DNA of 64,000 nucleotides from Candidatus Chisholmbacteria bacterium RIFCSPHIGHO2_01_FULL_52_32 (GTDB taxonomy: Bacteria > Patescibacteriota > Microgenomatia > UBA1400 > Chisholmbacteraceae). Below the pieces are notes generated by a model, which was given only the letters and a program-made list of their open reading frames with translations, was not told the origin of the DNA and made no database searches. How positions within the stretch are numbered: the stretch's first letter is position 1; every line of letters starts with the position of its first letter. The DNA is taken from positions 348,228 through 412,227 of the forward strand of contig MHCJ01000003.1 in the NCBI GenBank assembly GCA_001816585.1, given 5' to 3'. This document shows positions 6,053 to 16,875 of this stretch, piece by piece. A program made the translations under genes and the position numbers.

Positions 6053-9016
6053 CTATTTAGCCGGTTTTCTTTCGTGCACCGGTTTAACCGCAAAGGCTTC
6101 CCCAAACTGAATCTTACGTGCCTGGGTTCTTTGTCTTACCTCGGTCTCGAAACGCTTCGGTAAATGGAACGGAATGGTCACGATTACTTTTTGGTTTCGG
6201 CTCGTTTGCAATCGTTTTCGCTCCTCTTGGATGCGCCGGATGAGTTCCCGCATTTCTCCTTCTTCGATCAGTTCCCTGGTTAACTTCGTATCTAAACGAA
6301 CGGCAAGCTCACCTTCTTCCTTCAGTACGATTGATTTGATGTTGAGTTCCTGTGACAGCAGGCTTACCAAACTCCGGTCAAACCGTTCTTTACATCCGCC
6401 TACCACTGCCTTGGCCAGGGGTTGACGTACCTTGATACCTGCATCTTTGCGTTCCCGATGACCCAGCTCGGCGATTTGGCGAAGAGAGGTCATTTTGCGT
6501 TCAAGTACCCTGTCGATTCTCTGCTTCTCTGCTTTTGGCCAATCCGCCAGATGGACGGACGGTTCCCCTGTCAGCTTGGTATAGATGATATCGGATAGGA
6601 ATGGCAAAAACGGTGCACACAGCTTGGCAAGATTCTCGAGTACTTCAGTGGCGGTCCAATAAAACGCTTCCTTCTGGGCTTTGCTGACTTGTGTGAAACC
6701 GACACGCTCCCGGCTACGGCGGATGTACCAGGTAGAGAAATCGTCAACTAAATCTTCGATCGCTTGGGAAGATTCAAAGGCATCGTAGTCCTCGAGAAAC
6801 CGGGTTACTTGGGTAATGGTAGTGTGGGTCCTTGAGAGTATCCAGCGGTCAAGTACACCGAGGACTTTGGGCTCGTTGCGGCCGGGTTTGTCAAGGCTGA
6901 GGTTGTTGATGACAAACCGGAATGAATTCCAAAGGATCAGATGGAACTGGCGGCGTACGTTTGCCGCGGCAGTGTATCCGAACAGCAGATTGAACTTTGG
7001 ATCCTGGCGGACATACATCCATCGCATGACATCAACCCCGATTTTATCCGCTCCCTCATTGAACTCCACGCTGTTCCCCCAGCTTTTATGCATGGGCCGG
7101 CCATCTTCTCCGAGCAGGGTCGCGAATCCGAGAACGGTATCTGCCGGCCGCTCGCCCTCAAGAACCGTGCTCATTGCGATGAGCGAATAGAACCAATTCT
7201 TGAATTGACCGGGAAAGCTTTCGGTGATGAGGTCAGCGGGGAACCATCGCCTCCACTCTCTCTTATCCGCCCAATAGAGCGGGGCTGACCGGTTGTCCTT
7301 TGCAATTGTGGAAAATGGGACAATACCGGCATCGAGCCAAGGGTTTCCCACGTCAGGAATTCTTTCCATGAGCGCACCACAGTTGTGACAATCAATCCTG
7401 ACTTCGTCCACCCAAGGCCGATGGGGGGAATGGCCTTTAAATTGATCCCATCCTTCCCTCGCTCTTTGCTTCAACTCCTCCTTACCGCCGACCACCTCAA
7501 AATTTCCGCACCTCCCACATTCCCAGATCGGGAGGGCAAGACCCCAATATCGCTTCTTTGAGATTAACCAATCCTGCATATTCTTGATCCAATCCAGCTC
7601 TCGTTTGAGACCAAAAGAGGGAATCCAGCGCATGGAACGGACCACCTTTCGCATAGGGCTGCGGAGGGGATCCATTTTAATGTACCACTCCGAAACCACC
7701 CGCCAGACCAGTTCGGTTTTACAGCGCCAACAGGCGGGGTAGCGGTGGGTGATCTTGGCGGTTTTGTGGAAAAACCTCCCCCCGTCCCGTGCCTTGACAA
7801 AATCGATCACGATCTGCGGATGTTTTTTGGCGTTCTCTCCCGAAAACTCTCCCATTCCCTCAAGATACGTCGCCGTTTCATCGATAACCTCGATGACGGA
7901 AAGTCCCTTGTCTTTTCCGAGTCGGAAATCCTCCTGCCCGGCGCCGGGAGCAACATGGAGAAGTCCGGTGCCTTTGTTTGCCATGACGAGCTCTTTGGCT
8001 TCGACGACCGTATGGAAGGTGGTCGGGCTTTCCTGCTTTGCCTCTTTTACCCTGGGTAAGTCATCGAACGGCCCTTCGTAGCGAAGTCCCACAAGCGATG
8101 TTCCCGGATGATCTTTGACTTTTTTGAAGCTTCCCGACTCGAAGACCCCTCGGATGAAGGACTCAAAATCCTCCTGCCCTTCAATCTGGTCTTCGCGAAC
8201 AACGATGATTGACTCGCCGCTTTGTTCGTTTTTCCACTCTCTGTAGGTGTACGCTGGATTTATCGCCACCGCGACGTTTGCGGGAATCGTCCACGGAGTG
8301 GTAGTCCAGACTAAAAGGCCGGTTTCTGTTCCGACGACGGGAAGCTTGAAAAAGACGGTCTCGTGCGTCAGCTCTTTATAGTCTTCCGTCAGCATCTCAT
8401 GCTGTGATATTGCCGTCCCGCATCGCGGGCACCAAGGCACCGAATCCCGCCCTTTATAAATCAGTCCTTTCTCATGACACTTCTTGAGGAAATACCAGAT
8501 CATGTAGTTGTTTTCGTTTGCGAGAGTGAAGTAGGAATGATCCCAATCCATGAAATATCCCAGCCGTTTTGACTGCTCGGTTTGAATCCTGGCAAAACGG
8601 TCGACCCTGGCTTTGCACAGTTCGACAAACTTGGCGATTGAGGCTTTTTTATCTCCAGGAACCAGATTTTCGATATCCTGCTTTTGTTTGAGGCCGAGTT
8701 CCTTTTCAACCTCAACTTCCACCCACAATCCCTGGCAGTCAAAACCGTTCTGAAACCGTTGTTTGAACCCCTTCATATTGTAAAACCGCTGCCAGAGGTC
8801 TTTATAGGTTCTCCCCCAACCGTGGTGCACACCCATGGGGTTGTTCGCCGTAATTGGACCATCGATAAAGCTGAACCTTTTTTGAGATTTGTCGTTCCGA
8901 TGGAGATATCGGTTCACTATTCCGGATTTTCCCCAAGACCTCAGGAGCTCTTTTTCTTGGTTTGGAAAGTCGGGTATCGCCCCAACGGGCGAAGGAACGG
9001 TACCTTTTGGAGACAT
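6053..9016 (-). CDS. ileS: isoleucine--tRNA ligase (archaeal/eukaryote-like type 2)
   Basis: The N-terminus FIDGPITANNPMGVHHGWGRTYKDLWQRFYNMKGFKQRFQNGFDCQGLWVE aligns with the type-2 IleRS HIGH region (FHDGPPFATG...GWDCHGLPVE). It also has DWLISKKRYWGLALPIW (IleRS DWCISRQRYWG box), a KMSKS-like HKSWGN, and is 987 aa. Confidence 0.8.
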   Translation of the reverse strand: MSPKGTVPSPVGAIPDFPNQEKELLRSWGKSGIVNRYLHRNDKSQKRFSFIDGPITANNPMGVHHGWGRTYKDLWQRFYNMKGFKQRFQNGFDCQGLWVEVEVEKELGLKQKQDIENLVPGDKKASIAKFVELCKARVDRFARIQTEQSKRLGYFMDWDHSYFTLANENNYMIWYFLKKCHEKGLIYKGRDSVPWCPRCGTAISQHEMLTEDYKELTHETVFFKLPVVGTETGLLVWTTTPWTIPANVAVAINPAYTYREWKNEQSGESIIVVREDQIEGQEDFESFIRGVFESGSFKKVKDHPGTSLVGLRYEGPFDDLPRVKEAKQESPTTFHTVVEAKELVMANKGTGLLHVAPGAGQEDFRLGKDKGLSVIEVIDETATYLEGMGEFSGENAKKHPQIVIDFVKARDGGRFFHKTAKITHRYPACWRCKTELVWRVVSEWYIKMDPLRSPMRKVVRSMRWIPSFGLKRELDWIKNMQDWLISKKRYWGLALPIWECGRCGNFEVVGGKEELKQRAREGWDQFKGHSPHRPWVDEVRIDCHNCGALMERIPDVGNPWLDAGIVPFSTIAKDNRSAPLYWADKREWRRWFPADLITESFPGQFKNWFYSLIAMSTVLEGERPADTVLGFATLLGEDGRPMHKSWGNSVEFNEGADKIGVDVMRWMYVRQDPKFNLLFGYTAAANVRRQFHLILWNSFRFVINNLSLDKPGRNEPKVLGVLDRWILSRTHTTITQVTRFLEDYDAFESSQAIEDLVDDFSTWYIRRSRERVGFTQVSKAQKEAFYWTATEVLENLAKLCAPFLPFLSDIIYTKLTGEPSVHLADWPKAEKQRIDRVLERKMTSLRQIAELGHRERKDAGIKVRQPLAKAVVGGCKERFDRSLVSLLSQELNIKSIVLKEEGELAVRLDTKLTRELIEEGEMRELIRRIQEERKRLQTSRNQKVIVTIPFHLPKRFETEVRQRTQARKIQFGEAFAVKPVHERKPAK

Positions 9017-9034
9017 ACGTTTGGGGGGGCTTTT

Positions 9035-10153
9035 CTATCTTCCTTGACGTAAGAAAGCCGGTATATCGAATTCGTCCTCGTACTGATCGGCCTCTCCGTT
9101 GCCTTGCTTGTCGCCGGGTTTGTCTTCCTCTTGAGGTTGGTCTGTCATGGCCTGGGTTACTTTCGCAGTCGAGGCGAACGGTTTCAGGCGCTGTCTTGCT
9201 TCATCAAATCCTGTCGCAATTACCGAAATTTTTACCTGGTCGACCATGTCCTCGTCAATGGTGGCACCAAAAATGATGTTGGCATCTGCGTCCGCTGTTT
9301 CTGAAATGATTTTGGCTGCCTCGTTCACCTCGCTCATCGTGAGGTCAGCTCCCCCGGTGATGTTAAACAGAATGCCCTTTGCCCCATCGATCGACAGCTC
9401 AAGTAAGGGGCTGGCAATTGCCATTCGCGCGGCGGTGGTTGCCCGATTCTCCCCTACTCCCGTTCCAATACCCATGAGTGCCGAGCCGGCGTTGGTCATG
9501 ATCGTTCGGACGTCCGCGAAGTCGACGTTAATGAGTCCCGGTGTCGTGATGAGGTCCGAGATCCCTTGAACTCCGTGGCCGAGAACAGAGTCTGCCATTT
9601 GGAACGCCTCGATAAGAGACATCTTCTTATCCACCACATCGAGAATTCTCTGATTCGGAATCACGATCAATGTATCTACTTTCCCTTTGAGGTTTTCTAC
9701 ACCCTCTTCACCGACCACCATCCGTCGTGTCCCTTCAAAGGCAAACGGCTTCGTCACGACTGCAACCGTAAGAGCGCCGGACTCCTTCGCAATCTCCGCC
9801 AATATCGGAGACCCTCCGGTTCCGGTTCCACCGCCCATGCCGCAGGTTAAAAAGACCATGTCTGTATCGATGAGAAGATTCTTAATTTTCTCGCGCGATT
9901 CCTCCGCCGCTTGCTTGCCAATATCAGGATCCGACCCGGAGCCTAATCCTTTGGTAAGATTTTCGCCGATTTGTAGTTTCGTTTCCGCGTGGCAGGTTAG
10001 GAGTGCCTGAGCATCCGTATTGACGCCAACGAATTCCACCCCTTGAATCTGCTGCATCTTGATCATGGAGTTTAGGGCATTGCATCCGCCGCCGCCAATG
10101 CCGATCACCTTTATTTTTGCGAAGGTATTCAGATCCGGTTTTACAAGACCCAT
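9035..10153 (-). CDS. ftsZ: cell division GTPase FtsZ
   Basis: GGGTGTG tubulin signature ([21 protein letters not shown]), NTDAQAL, and an acidic C-terminal tail ending DIPAFLRQ. Confidence 0.95.
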   Translation of the reverse strand: MGLVKPDLNTFAKIKVIGIGGGGCNALNSMIKMQQIQGVEFVGVNTDAQALLTCHAETKLQIGENLTKGLGSGSDPDIGKQAAEESREKIKNLLIDTDMVFLTCGMGGGTGTGGSPILAEIAKESGALTVAVVTKPFAFEGTRRMVVGEEGVENLKGKVDTLIVIPNQRILDVVDKKMSLIEAFQMADSVLGHGVQGISDLITTPGLINVDFADVRTIMTNAGSALMGIGTGVGENRATTAARMAIASPLLELSIDGAKGILFNITGGADLTMSEVNEAAKIISETADADANIIFGATIDEDMVDQVKISVIATGFDEARQRLKPFASTAKVTQAMTDQPQEEDKPGDKQGNGEADQYEDEFDIPAFLRQGR

Positions 10154-10393
10154 CGTTTCCCCTTTTTGACGCTTACAAAGTGGATCACACTATACACGAT
10201 TCCGCGCGTTTTTCAAGCGGTCATAATCCTTAAATCGAACAACTTTTATCTTCTTTGAAAGCTTTATGTTCCCTCATTCTGCGGATTTTTTACCCGTGGC
10301 TTGAAAGGGATAGCGCATGGTTGACGCGTTGGTGGATTGGGGAAGGACCTTCGTCCGCCAGCCGGCGGATCTGGGTAGACCCTTCGAGTATCC

Positions 10394-11686
10394 TCAGGGT
10401 AGGAAGGATTTCACAAAGTCAATCACCTTAATGACCAGTCCCTTTCCCGGGAACCGTTCGATCATCCCGCCTAAACCCGGGAGACCAAGCTTCGATTTCC
10501 CGGCCGGGAGTTTGTGCGCTGCATAGAGGATGAGACCGCTTGCCACGGCGTAGGCCGGTGATTGAATTTCCTCGACAAGTCCGGACAGACCTTTGGGAAC
10601 TCCGATCCTGGTTGGCATCGAGAGGGTTCTTTTACATGCCTCGATAACTCCAACCGTCTGTGCTCCTCCCCCTGTCAAGACTGCGCCCGCGGGTATCTGA
10701 CCGGCAGCTCCAGACTTTTTTAACTCAATTCCGATCATGGTAAAGATCTCGTTTAATCTGGGTTTTATGATCCCTTCGATAAGCGTTTTCCGGGAGGCGG
10801 TTGAGGCTTCTTCCTTGAGGTTTAATTTCGTCAGATCGATTTCATCTTCCGGTTTTCCTTTTTCCTCCTCTTGAGGCTCACGCGTCTTTTTTGCTTCCTT
10901 CGAAAGGTAGCGCTTGATTTTCTCGGCACTTTCAACACTCAGCCGCATCCCGATTGCCAAATCCTTGGTGATATTTCGATCCCCAATGGGAAGTACCGAA
11001 GAATAGTTCAGGTTTCCCTCGATGTAAACCGCGATTGAGGTTGTTCCCCCGCCAATATCGATGAGTACAACCCCCAATTCTTTCTCCGTCTCAGTGAGGG
11101 CTGACTGCGCGGCAGCCAGTCCCGAAAAAATCATACTGACGACGTCAATTCCAATTTCACTCACACATTTCGAAAGATTGCGCATCACTGTCTGGGATCC
11201 CGTGATAAGATGCGCTTCTGCTTCCAAGCGCACACCGCTCATTCCGACCGGGTCTTTAATCCCTTCCTGAGAATCGACGATGAAACTTTTGGGGATGACG
11301 TGGATGATCTCGCGGTCGGAGGGAAGGGCGACCGCACGGGCGGCTTCGATCACCCGGTCGACGTCTTCTTCAGTAATTTCCCCTTCCGGCTCGGCAACCG
11401 CAACGACCCCTTTTGAATTCTGCGATGCGATATGGGCTCCACCGATTGAAAGAACGGCAGAGGTTACCGAATACCCTGCCATCCGTTCGGCAGCCTCGAC
11501 ACTCTCCGTTATTGAGGACGTTGCCTCCTCAATATCCACAATTTGGCCTTTTTTCACTCCCTTTGACGGGATTGCCGCCACTCCCATGACGTTAATTTTG
11601 TTGAACTCGGAACTTTCAGAAGCGATAATCGTTGTCACTTTTTCCGTACCGACGTCAATTGAGGCAATCATTTTGCTCTTTTGCAT
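10394..11686 (-). CDS. ftsA: cell division protein FtsA (actin-like ATPase)
   Basis: MIASIDVGTEKVTTII and VLIDIGGGTTSIAVY actin-fold phosphate motifs; lies between ftsQ and ftsZ. Confidence 0.9.
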   Translation of the reverse strand: MQKSKMIASIDVGTEKVTTIIASESSEFNKINVMGVAAIPSKGVKKGQIVDIEEATSSITESVEAAERMAGYSVTSAVLSIGGAHIASQNSKGVVAVAEPEGEITEEDVDRVIEAARAVALPSDREIIHVIPKSFIVDSQEGIKDPVGMSGVRLEAEAHLITGSQTVMRNLSKCVSEIGIDVVSMIFSGLAAAQSALTETEKELGVVLIDIGGGTTSIAVYIEGNLNYSSVLPIGDRNITKDLAIGMRLSVESAEKIKRYLSKEAKKTREPQEEEKGKPEDEIDLTKLNLKEEASTASRKTLIEGIIKPRLNEIFTMIGIELKKSGAAGQIPAGAVLTGGGAQTVGVIEACKRTLSMPTRIGVPKGLSGLVEEIQSPAYAVASGLILYAAHKLPAGKSKLGLPGLGGMIERFPGKGLVIKVIDFVKSFLP

Positions 11687-11731
11687 TCCTCGCCTGGCTC
11701 CTTTTTTGAGGAAATTATTATCCCTTTTTTC

Positions 11732-12496
11732 TCAATAACTCATTACCGGTTTTGTGTACCGGATGTCGATCTTTGTTGGTCTGTGACCTATTGTAGCCTG
11801 TGAGAGAATTCGTTGTAAAGTGGTAACCATTTTATTATAATCTCCCTCCTGGGGAAAGAGAACCGGAATTCCGTCCGTCAGCCAGACTTCAAATGCCTCT
11901 TCCTGAACTTCGATTCTTTGAAAACCGATGAAGTTGGTTTCTAAAACTACGGCAAGCTTTACCGATTGATTGAGTTTCGGATCATCAATCTCCTTTCCCA
12001 TTTCGATCTCTTCCTTCTCCGGGACGATGATTTCGGGAAGCGAATTGTCTGTCTCTGTCGCGGTGGTGAAAACAAACCCTTCTTGGTCTGCAACGTACGC
12101 ATATCCCGAGGAGAGTTTCCGTAGCCTCACCACTTTCTCCCGAACATCTATAAAGACTGTCAGGGTGGTGGGCAGTTTGGGAACAACCCGGACCTGCAGA
12201 ATGGACGGGTCCGCCTTTTTGAGTTTTTCTGAAACAAATTGCCAGCGCCCTGTGAGGATTGATTGTCCTTTGAGTCGATCGAGTTCCGCCAGAATCGGCG
12301 GGTCGCAGGCGGAACTTCCTTTTTGACAACGCACTTCGTTGACTCTCAAGACTCTCCCGAAGAAAAGCCATCCAAGGAAGGTTATCGTTATTCCTCCGAT
12401 AACCATCCAGCCGATATGTCTTGCGGTCAGAAGCAAGTATCGGCGGGGCGGCGGTGAAAATCCCGGAGCTTTACGATTTGGCGTTCTTCTTCTCAT
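11732..12496 (-). CDS. ftsQ: cell division protein FtsQ/DivIB (POTRA-domain protein)
   Basis: Single N-terminal TM helix then a POTRA-like domain; located between murG and ftsA. Confidence 0.6.
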   Translation of the reverse strand: MRRRTPNRKAPGFSPPPRRYLLLTARHIGWMVIGGITITFLGWLFFGRVLRVNEVRCQKGSSACDPPILAELDRLKGQSILTGRWQFVSEKLKKADPSILQVRVVPKLPTTLTVFIDVREKVVRLRKLSSGYAYVADQEGFVFTTATETDNSLPEIIVPEKEEIEMGKEIDDPKLNQSVKLAVVLETNFIGFQRIEVQEEAFEVWLTDGIPVLFPQEGDYNKMVTTLQRILSQATIGHRPTKIDIRYTKPVMSY

Positions 12497-13637
12497 AGAC
12501 CGTTTCCAATATCTCTTCTATGCGCTTGGCCGCATCGGTACGCACTATTCTCCTGGCATCTGGCGCGTGTTTCCGATACACTTCGCTTTGTTCCAACATT
12601 TGGGCGACTTTTGCCAATAGGCGCCCCGGGGTCAAGTCTTTCTCCTCAATGATTTCAGCCGTCCCTGCGCTGGTTAAGAGTTTGGCATTCTCTAGTTGTT
12701 CGTTTCCTCCGGCTATCCGTAATGGAACAAAAAGGGTTGTGTTTCCTGTATAGGCAAGCTCTGTCACAATGTTTGCTCCCGCACGAGAGATAACCAAGTC
12801 TGCATGCATAAGGATCCACGCGATTTCTTCGGCCTCCAACCACTCCCGCACGAGATAGCGATGTTTACGCTCACCGGGCAGTTCGTTTCGGGCGAGATCA
12901 AGGCTTTGGTAATCGTCCTCCCCTGTTCGAAAGCCGCACTGGTGGATAATCCGGTAGTTTTCCGTAAACGCTTTAAGCCCGCTTCTTATCACTCCATTCA
13001 ATTTTTTTGAACCTAAGTTTCCTCCCGTAACATACAACAGGGGAGCTCCTTTGAGTTTCATCGGTACGGGTTTCTTTGTGCCCTTCAAAATCGCTTCCCG
13101 TATGGGATTGCCCGTGAGAACGACTTTCTTTCGGAAATGCTGCCTCGTGTCCTCCCATGAGATCGCAATTTCTTCTGCCAAGAGCTCAACCAATGTGTTC
13201 GCGAGTCCCTTTCCCATGGTTTGTTCATGGGTGACGATCGGTATTCCCAAAATCCAGCCAGCCAGCGCGGCAGGAACCGATACATATCCGCCGAAGGAAA
13301 GGATGACGTCGGGCTTAAGAAGCAGGATATGGAAAAATGCATGAAAGAATCCAAGCGGAATACGCACCAGCGGAGACAGCGATTTCAGGCTGGCGAGGCG
13401 CGGAATTTTTCCTGCAGGAATAGCAATAGTCGGAACACCCAATTTTGGTATTTCGCGCAGTTCGCTTGCCGGCGACCGGGATTCTTCATGACCGTATTGT
13501 CGTGCCATAAAGGTAATGTCCCAGCGGGCGGATTTTCGAAGTCGTTCGATCACCGCTATTGCGGGCGTCAAATGTCCTCCCGTTATCAGGAGTTTTATTC
13601 GATCTTTTTCCTTGTCACTTCGCATATTTTGAGACAT
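12471..13637 (-). CDS. murG: undecaprenyldiphospho-muramoylpentapeptide beta-N-acetylglucosaminyltransferase
   Basis: GT28 architecture: N-terminal LLITGGHLTPAIAV and C-terminal LLYVTGGNLGSKKLN...ISRAGANIVTELA. dcw context. Confidence 0.85.
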   Translation of the reverse strand: MSQNMRSDKEKDRIKLLITGGHLTPAIAVIERLRKSARWDITFMARQYGHEESRSPASELREIPKLGVPTIAIPAGKIPRLASLKSLSPLVRIPLGFFHAFFHILLLKPDVILSFGGYVSVPAALAGWILGIPIVTHEQTMGKGLANTLVELLAEEIAISWEDTRQHFRKKVVLTGNPIREAILKGTKKPVPMKLKGAPLLYVTGGNLGSKKLNGVIRSGLKAFTENYRIIHQCGFRTGEDDYQSLDLARNELPGERKHRYLVREWLEAEEIAWILMHADLVISRAGANIVTELAYTGNTTLFVPLRIAGGNEQLENAKLLTSAGTAEIIEEKDLTPGRLLAKVAQMLEQSEVYRKHAPDARRIVRTDAAKRIEEILETVYEKKNAKS

Positions 13638-14712
13638 TCAGGACTATGCCTATTCCCGCAAGGGTTACAATGGTTGCCGATCCTCCATACGATATTAATG
13701 GAAGCGGGATCCCGGTTAACGGGACCAATGCAACCATGGTTGCTAAATTCAAAGCCGCCTGAATACCGATCCAAGCAGCAATCCCCCCACAGAGCAGCTT
13801 GCCGAATTGATCTTTCGATTGCCGGGCAATTTTCATGGCTCGCATGATCATGAAGAGAAAGAGAACGATCAATCCGAGCGATCCGATAAACCCCACCTCT
13901 TCCGCAATGATGGCAAAGATCGAATCAGTCGTTGCCGCGGGAATATATTGGAACTTTTGTCTTGATTGTCCAATCCCGACCCCGAACAAACCTCCGGATC
14001 CAAGCGCAATTAAGACTTGGCGGATATGGTAGGAGGCACCGAGGGGATCATCTTTGGGATTGAAGAATGTAGCGACACGAGCTCTTCGGTAGGGCGAAAT
14101 CGCGATGACCCCCATTCCGACGATTGTCCCAACGATCCCAAGTGTCAGAAATGTCTTTAGCGGAGCACCAGAAAAAAAGTAGAGCGCGGCTCCGATTGCG
14201 ACGATAACGATTCCGGTTCCCAAGTCCGGCTCTAGAACAATGAGCCCGGCTGCTACCCCAACGGCAACCAGAAATTGGAGGAGGGAGCGTTTCTTTTCGA
14301 GAAGTAAAGAAAGATATAAGATGAGGGTGAGCTTCGCCAATTCCGCGGGCTGAATCGTCAGACTCCCGAAACCGATCCAGCGCCTGGCTCCTTGGATTTT
14401 CATCCCTATTGAGGGAACCAGAACGAGTCCCAACATCACCACGGTCGCGACAAACGCTCCTATGCTTACTTTCTTCCACAACCAATACGGAATTTGGGAC
14501 GTCAAACCTAACACCACCAACCCAATTCCTGCCCAAACCAGTTGCTGTTTTGCGAAGAAAAACTTGTTACCAAACTGCTGATATGCTTCGACTACAGAAG
14601 CATCATAAACCATCAATACTCCAAAAAGGGTAAGCAGAACCGCGCAGAAAAAAAGCGTGTAATCCATTCTTCCGCGCCTCTCCTCTTTTTTACGGTGGGG
14701 TGGGTGTTTCAC
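13615..14712 (-). CDS. ftsW: SEDS-family peptidoglycan glycosyltransferase FtsW
   Basis: Polytopic SEDS protein with FtsW/RodA signature segments, between murD and murG. Confidence 0.85.
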   Translation of the reverse strand: MKHPPHRKKEERRGRMDYTLFFCAVLLTLFGVLMVYDASVVEAYQQFGNKFFFAKQQLVWAGIGLVVLGLTSQIPYWLWKKVSIGAFVATVVMLGLVLVPSIGMKIQGARRWIGFGSLTIQPAELAKLTLILYLSLLLEKKRSLLQFLVAVGVAAGLIVLEPDLGTGIVIVAIGAALYFFSGAPLKTFLTLGIVGTIVGMGVIAISPYRRARVATFFNPKDDPLGASYHIRQVLIALGSGGLFGVGIGQSRQKFQYIPAATTDSIFAIIAEEVGFIGSLGLIVLFLFMIMRAMKIARQSKDQFGKLLCGGIAAWIGIQAALNLATMVALVPLTGIPLPLISYGGSATIVTLAGIGIVLNVSKYAK

Positions 14713-16055
14713 TTTTCCCGTTCTTTCCTTTTTGTCAATCCTTTCACCAAGCTGTTAAATCTTTCCCCCCGTTCGAACTCGTTTGAGAACTCGGCAAACG
14801 AGGTAAACGCCGGGCTTAACAGGACCACATCACCCGGTGAAGCCAGTTTGATTGCCGTCCTGACGGCTTGGTCAAAGGCACTTGGGTAATACACCTTCAG
14901 ATCTTTCCATGGTTTCAGGGCTTTGACCAAGAGCCTGCTTCCCGTACCTTTGAGGATGACTACCGCCTTTACGTGTTTTTCAATTTCCCCGGGGAGCTCT
15001 TCAAGGGGAAGGTTTTTTGAATTTCCCCCTACCAAAAGGATGGTCGGCTGGTTGATTGCTTGAAGGGCTTTGATCGTTGCGATCGGGGTAGTCGCGGTCG
15101 TGTCGTTTACGAATTCGATCCCTCGGTACCTTCCCACTGTTTCGAGTCTGTGCTCAACTGCCGAAAAGCCGGCAAATACCCTTGCCTCGATATCTTTCGG
15201 CACCCCGAACAGATCAGCAACCTTCAGGGCCGCGGCGGCGTTTTCGAAATTGTGCGCTCCTCTGAGCGGAAGTTTCCATGATGACGGAAAATCTTCCTTG
15301 CTAAACCAACGAACGACGGATCTTACACGCTCTGCCATTTTCTTCGTGTACGGATTTTCCCGATTCAGAATGACCGTTTCGCGTTTGTTCTGAAACAGAA
15401 AGATCGTTTCCTTGTCGGCGGCGTATTCCTCCATGCTCTTGTAGGTATTCAAATGGTCGGCGTAGAGATTTGTCACCACCGCGATGTTCGGACTCCTCCG
15501 CTCGTCCCTGAAACCCTGGAGTTCCCATGAAGAAAGCTCCATCACTGCAAGGCTTTGAGACGAATGTGTGAGCAGCCTGCAATTGGCCTTCCTTGTCGCG
15601 TTCCCCGCAAGGAAAACGGTTCTGTTCCCTGTCGAAAGCAGGGCGCGAATCAGCAACGTCGTCGTGGTTTTTCCCCGGGTCCCGGTGATCCCTACCGAGG
15701 TCCCTTCGAAGTATCGCATAAAGAGAGCCGTGTCCATCAAAACGGGGATACCTACCTGTCGGGCACGTTCGAGCAAATGGTGGTTCCAGGGCACGCCGGG
15801 GTTGCGGATGATGACATCGGTGTTTACAATATCCTCGGCTCTGTGTCGGCCGAGAATGTAGGAAATCGGTAGGCCTCGTAACCTTTTGAGCGAAGGACCG
15901 AGCTTCGGCGCGGTCTTTATGTCTGTTGCGGTTACTTTCGCACCAATTTCCACGAACAGTTTGGCCACGTCCGCTCCTCTGCCTAAGACTCCCAGTCCGA
16001 AAATGAGTACCTTCTTTCCCGCAAAATCTCTTTTCAGTTTCCCAAATGGCGTCAT
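14709..16055 (-). CDS. murD: UDP-N-acetylmuramoylalanine--D-glutamate ligase
   Basis: N-terminal Rossmann KKVLIFGLGVLGRGAD, Mur ligase P-loop GITGTRGKTTTT. dcw position between mraY/murI and ftsW. Confidence 0.85.
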   Translation of the reverse strand: MTPFGKLKRDFAGKKVLIFGLGVLGRGADVAKLFVEIGAKVTATDIKTAPKLGPSLKRLRGLPISYILGRHRAEDIVNTDVIIRNPGVPWNHHLLERARQVGIPVLMDTALFMRYFEGTSVGITGTRGKTTTTLLIRALLSTGNRTVFLAGNATRKANCRLLTHSSQSLAVMELSSWELQGFRDERRSPNIAVVTNLYADHLNTYKSMEEYAADKETIFLFQNKRETVILNRENPYTKKMAERVRSVVRWFSKEDFPSSWKLPLRGAHNFENAAAALKVADLFGVPKDIEARVFAGFSAVEHRLETVGRYRGIEFVNDTTATTPIATIKALQAINQPTILLVGGNSKNLPLEELPGEIEKHVKAVVILKGTGSRLLVKALKPWKDLKVYYPSAFDQAVRTAIKLASPGDVVLLSPAFTSFAEFSNEFERGERFNSLVKGLTKRKEREK

Positions 16056-16840
16056 AGGTTGACCAGGTTCACCTCCGAAGGCAATTGTCCCAGCAGGGTC
16101 TGTGCGACTGTTAAAAACTGCTGTCTGCCTTTGGTGGTATAAAACTCGTGTTTTCCGGACTGTTTGCTTCCTTCCTGTTTCGGCCGGCGGATCTCCCGGA
16201 CTCTGCGGGCTACCGCCATGGACGGCTCGATTATTCGGATCTTTCCTCGAGTGACCTGCCTGATTTTGGACAAAAGAAAGGGGTAGTGCGTGCAGCCAAG
16301 GACCAGATGATCGCTTTTTCCGATGTTTTTCTTGTTGAGAATCATCCTGAGACGGATCAAGGTACTCGGGGAATTGATTTGCCCTGTCTCAACGGCCTCA
16401 ACTAGATATGGGGAAGAAAGAAGATGAACGGTTATGCCTTGCGCATGGGTGTTGATGAGCATTCGCTGTCTCTGACTTAAGGCAGTCTTTGTCGTTACCA
16501 GAACGGTTATTTCTTTCGTCTTACTGGCAAGGGCGGCAGGTTTCACCGCCGGTTCAACCCCTACAAAAGGTATTTGATAGCGATTCCGAAGATGGGGTAG
16601 GGCACTGACACTGAGGCTGTTACACGCCAGCACTATCAACGAGCAGCCTTTTTGAATAAGGAATTGTACTATCCTATCTGCCCGTTTCCTCAGTTGTGCG
16701 TTTGATTTTTCCCCATAGGGAAAGTAGCGCTTGTCAGCCACGTAGATCGTGTTTTCCCAAGGTAACAGACGAACAATTTCACGCCAAATGGAGAGACCGC
16801 CAACCCCCGAGTCGACGATCCCGATCGCGCCGGTTCCCAT
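16052..16840 (-). CDS. murI: glutamate racemase
   Basis: IGIVDSGVGGLSIWREI, YVADKRYFPYGEKS, and the paired-cysteine motifs LIVLACNSLS and VLGCTHYPFL. Confidence 0.85.
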   Translation of the reverse strand: MGTGAIGIVDSGVGGLSIWREIVRLLPWENTIYVADKRYFPYGEKSNAQLRKRADRIVQFLIQKGCSLIVLACNSLSVSALPHLRNRYQIPFVGVEPAVKPAALASKTKEITVLVTTKTALSQRQRMLINTHAQGITVHLLSSPYLVEAVETGQINSPSTLIRLRMILNKKNIGKSDHLVLGCTHYPFLLSKIRQVTRGKIRIIEPSMAVARRVREIRRPKQEGSKQSGKHEFYTTKGRQQFLTVAQTLLGQLPSEVNLVNL

Positions 16841-16875
16841 CCCTTCATTATATCAGGAACGCCTGGGGTATTTCC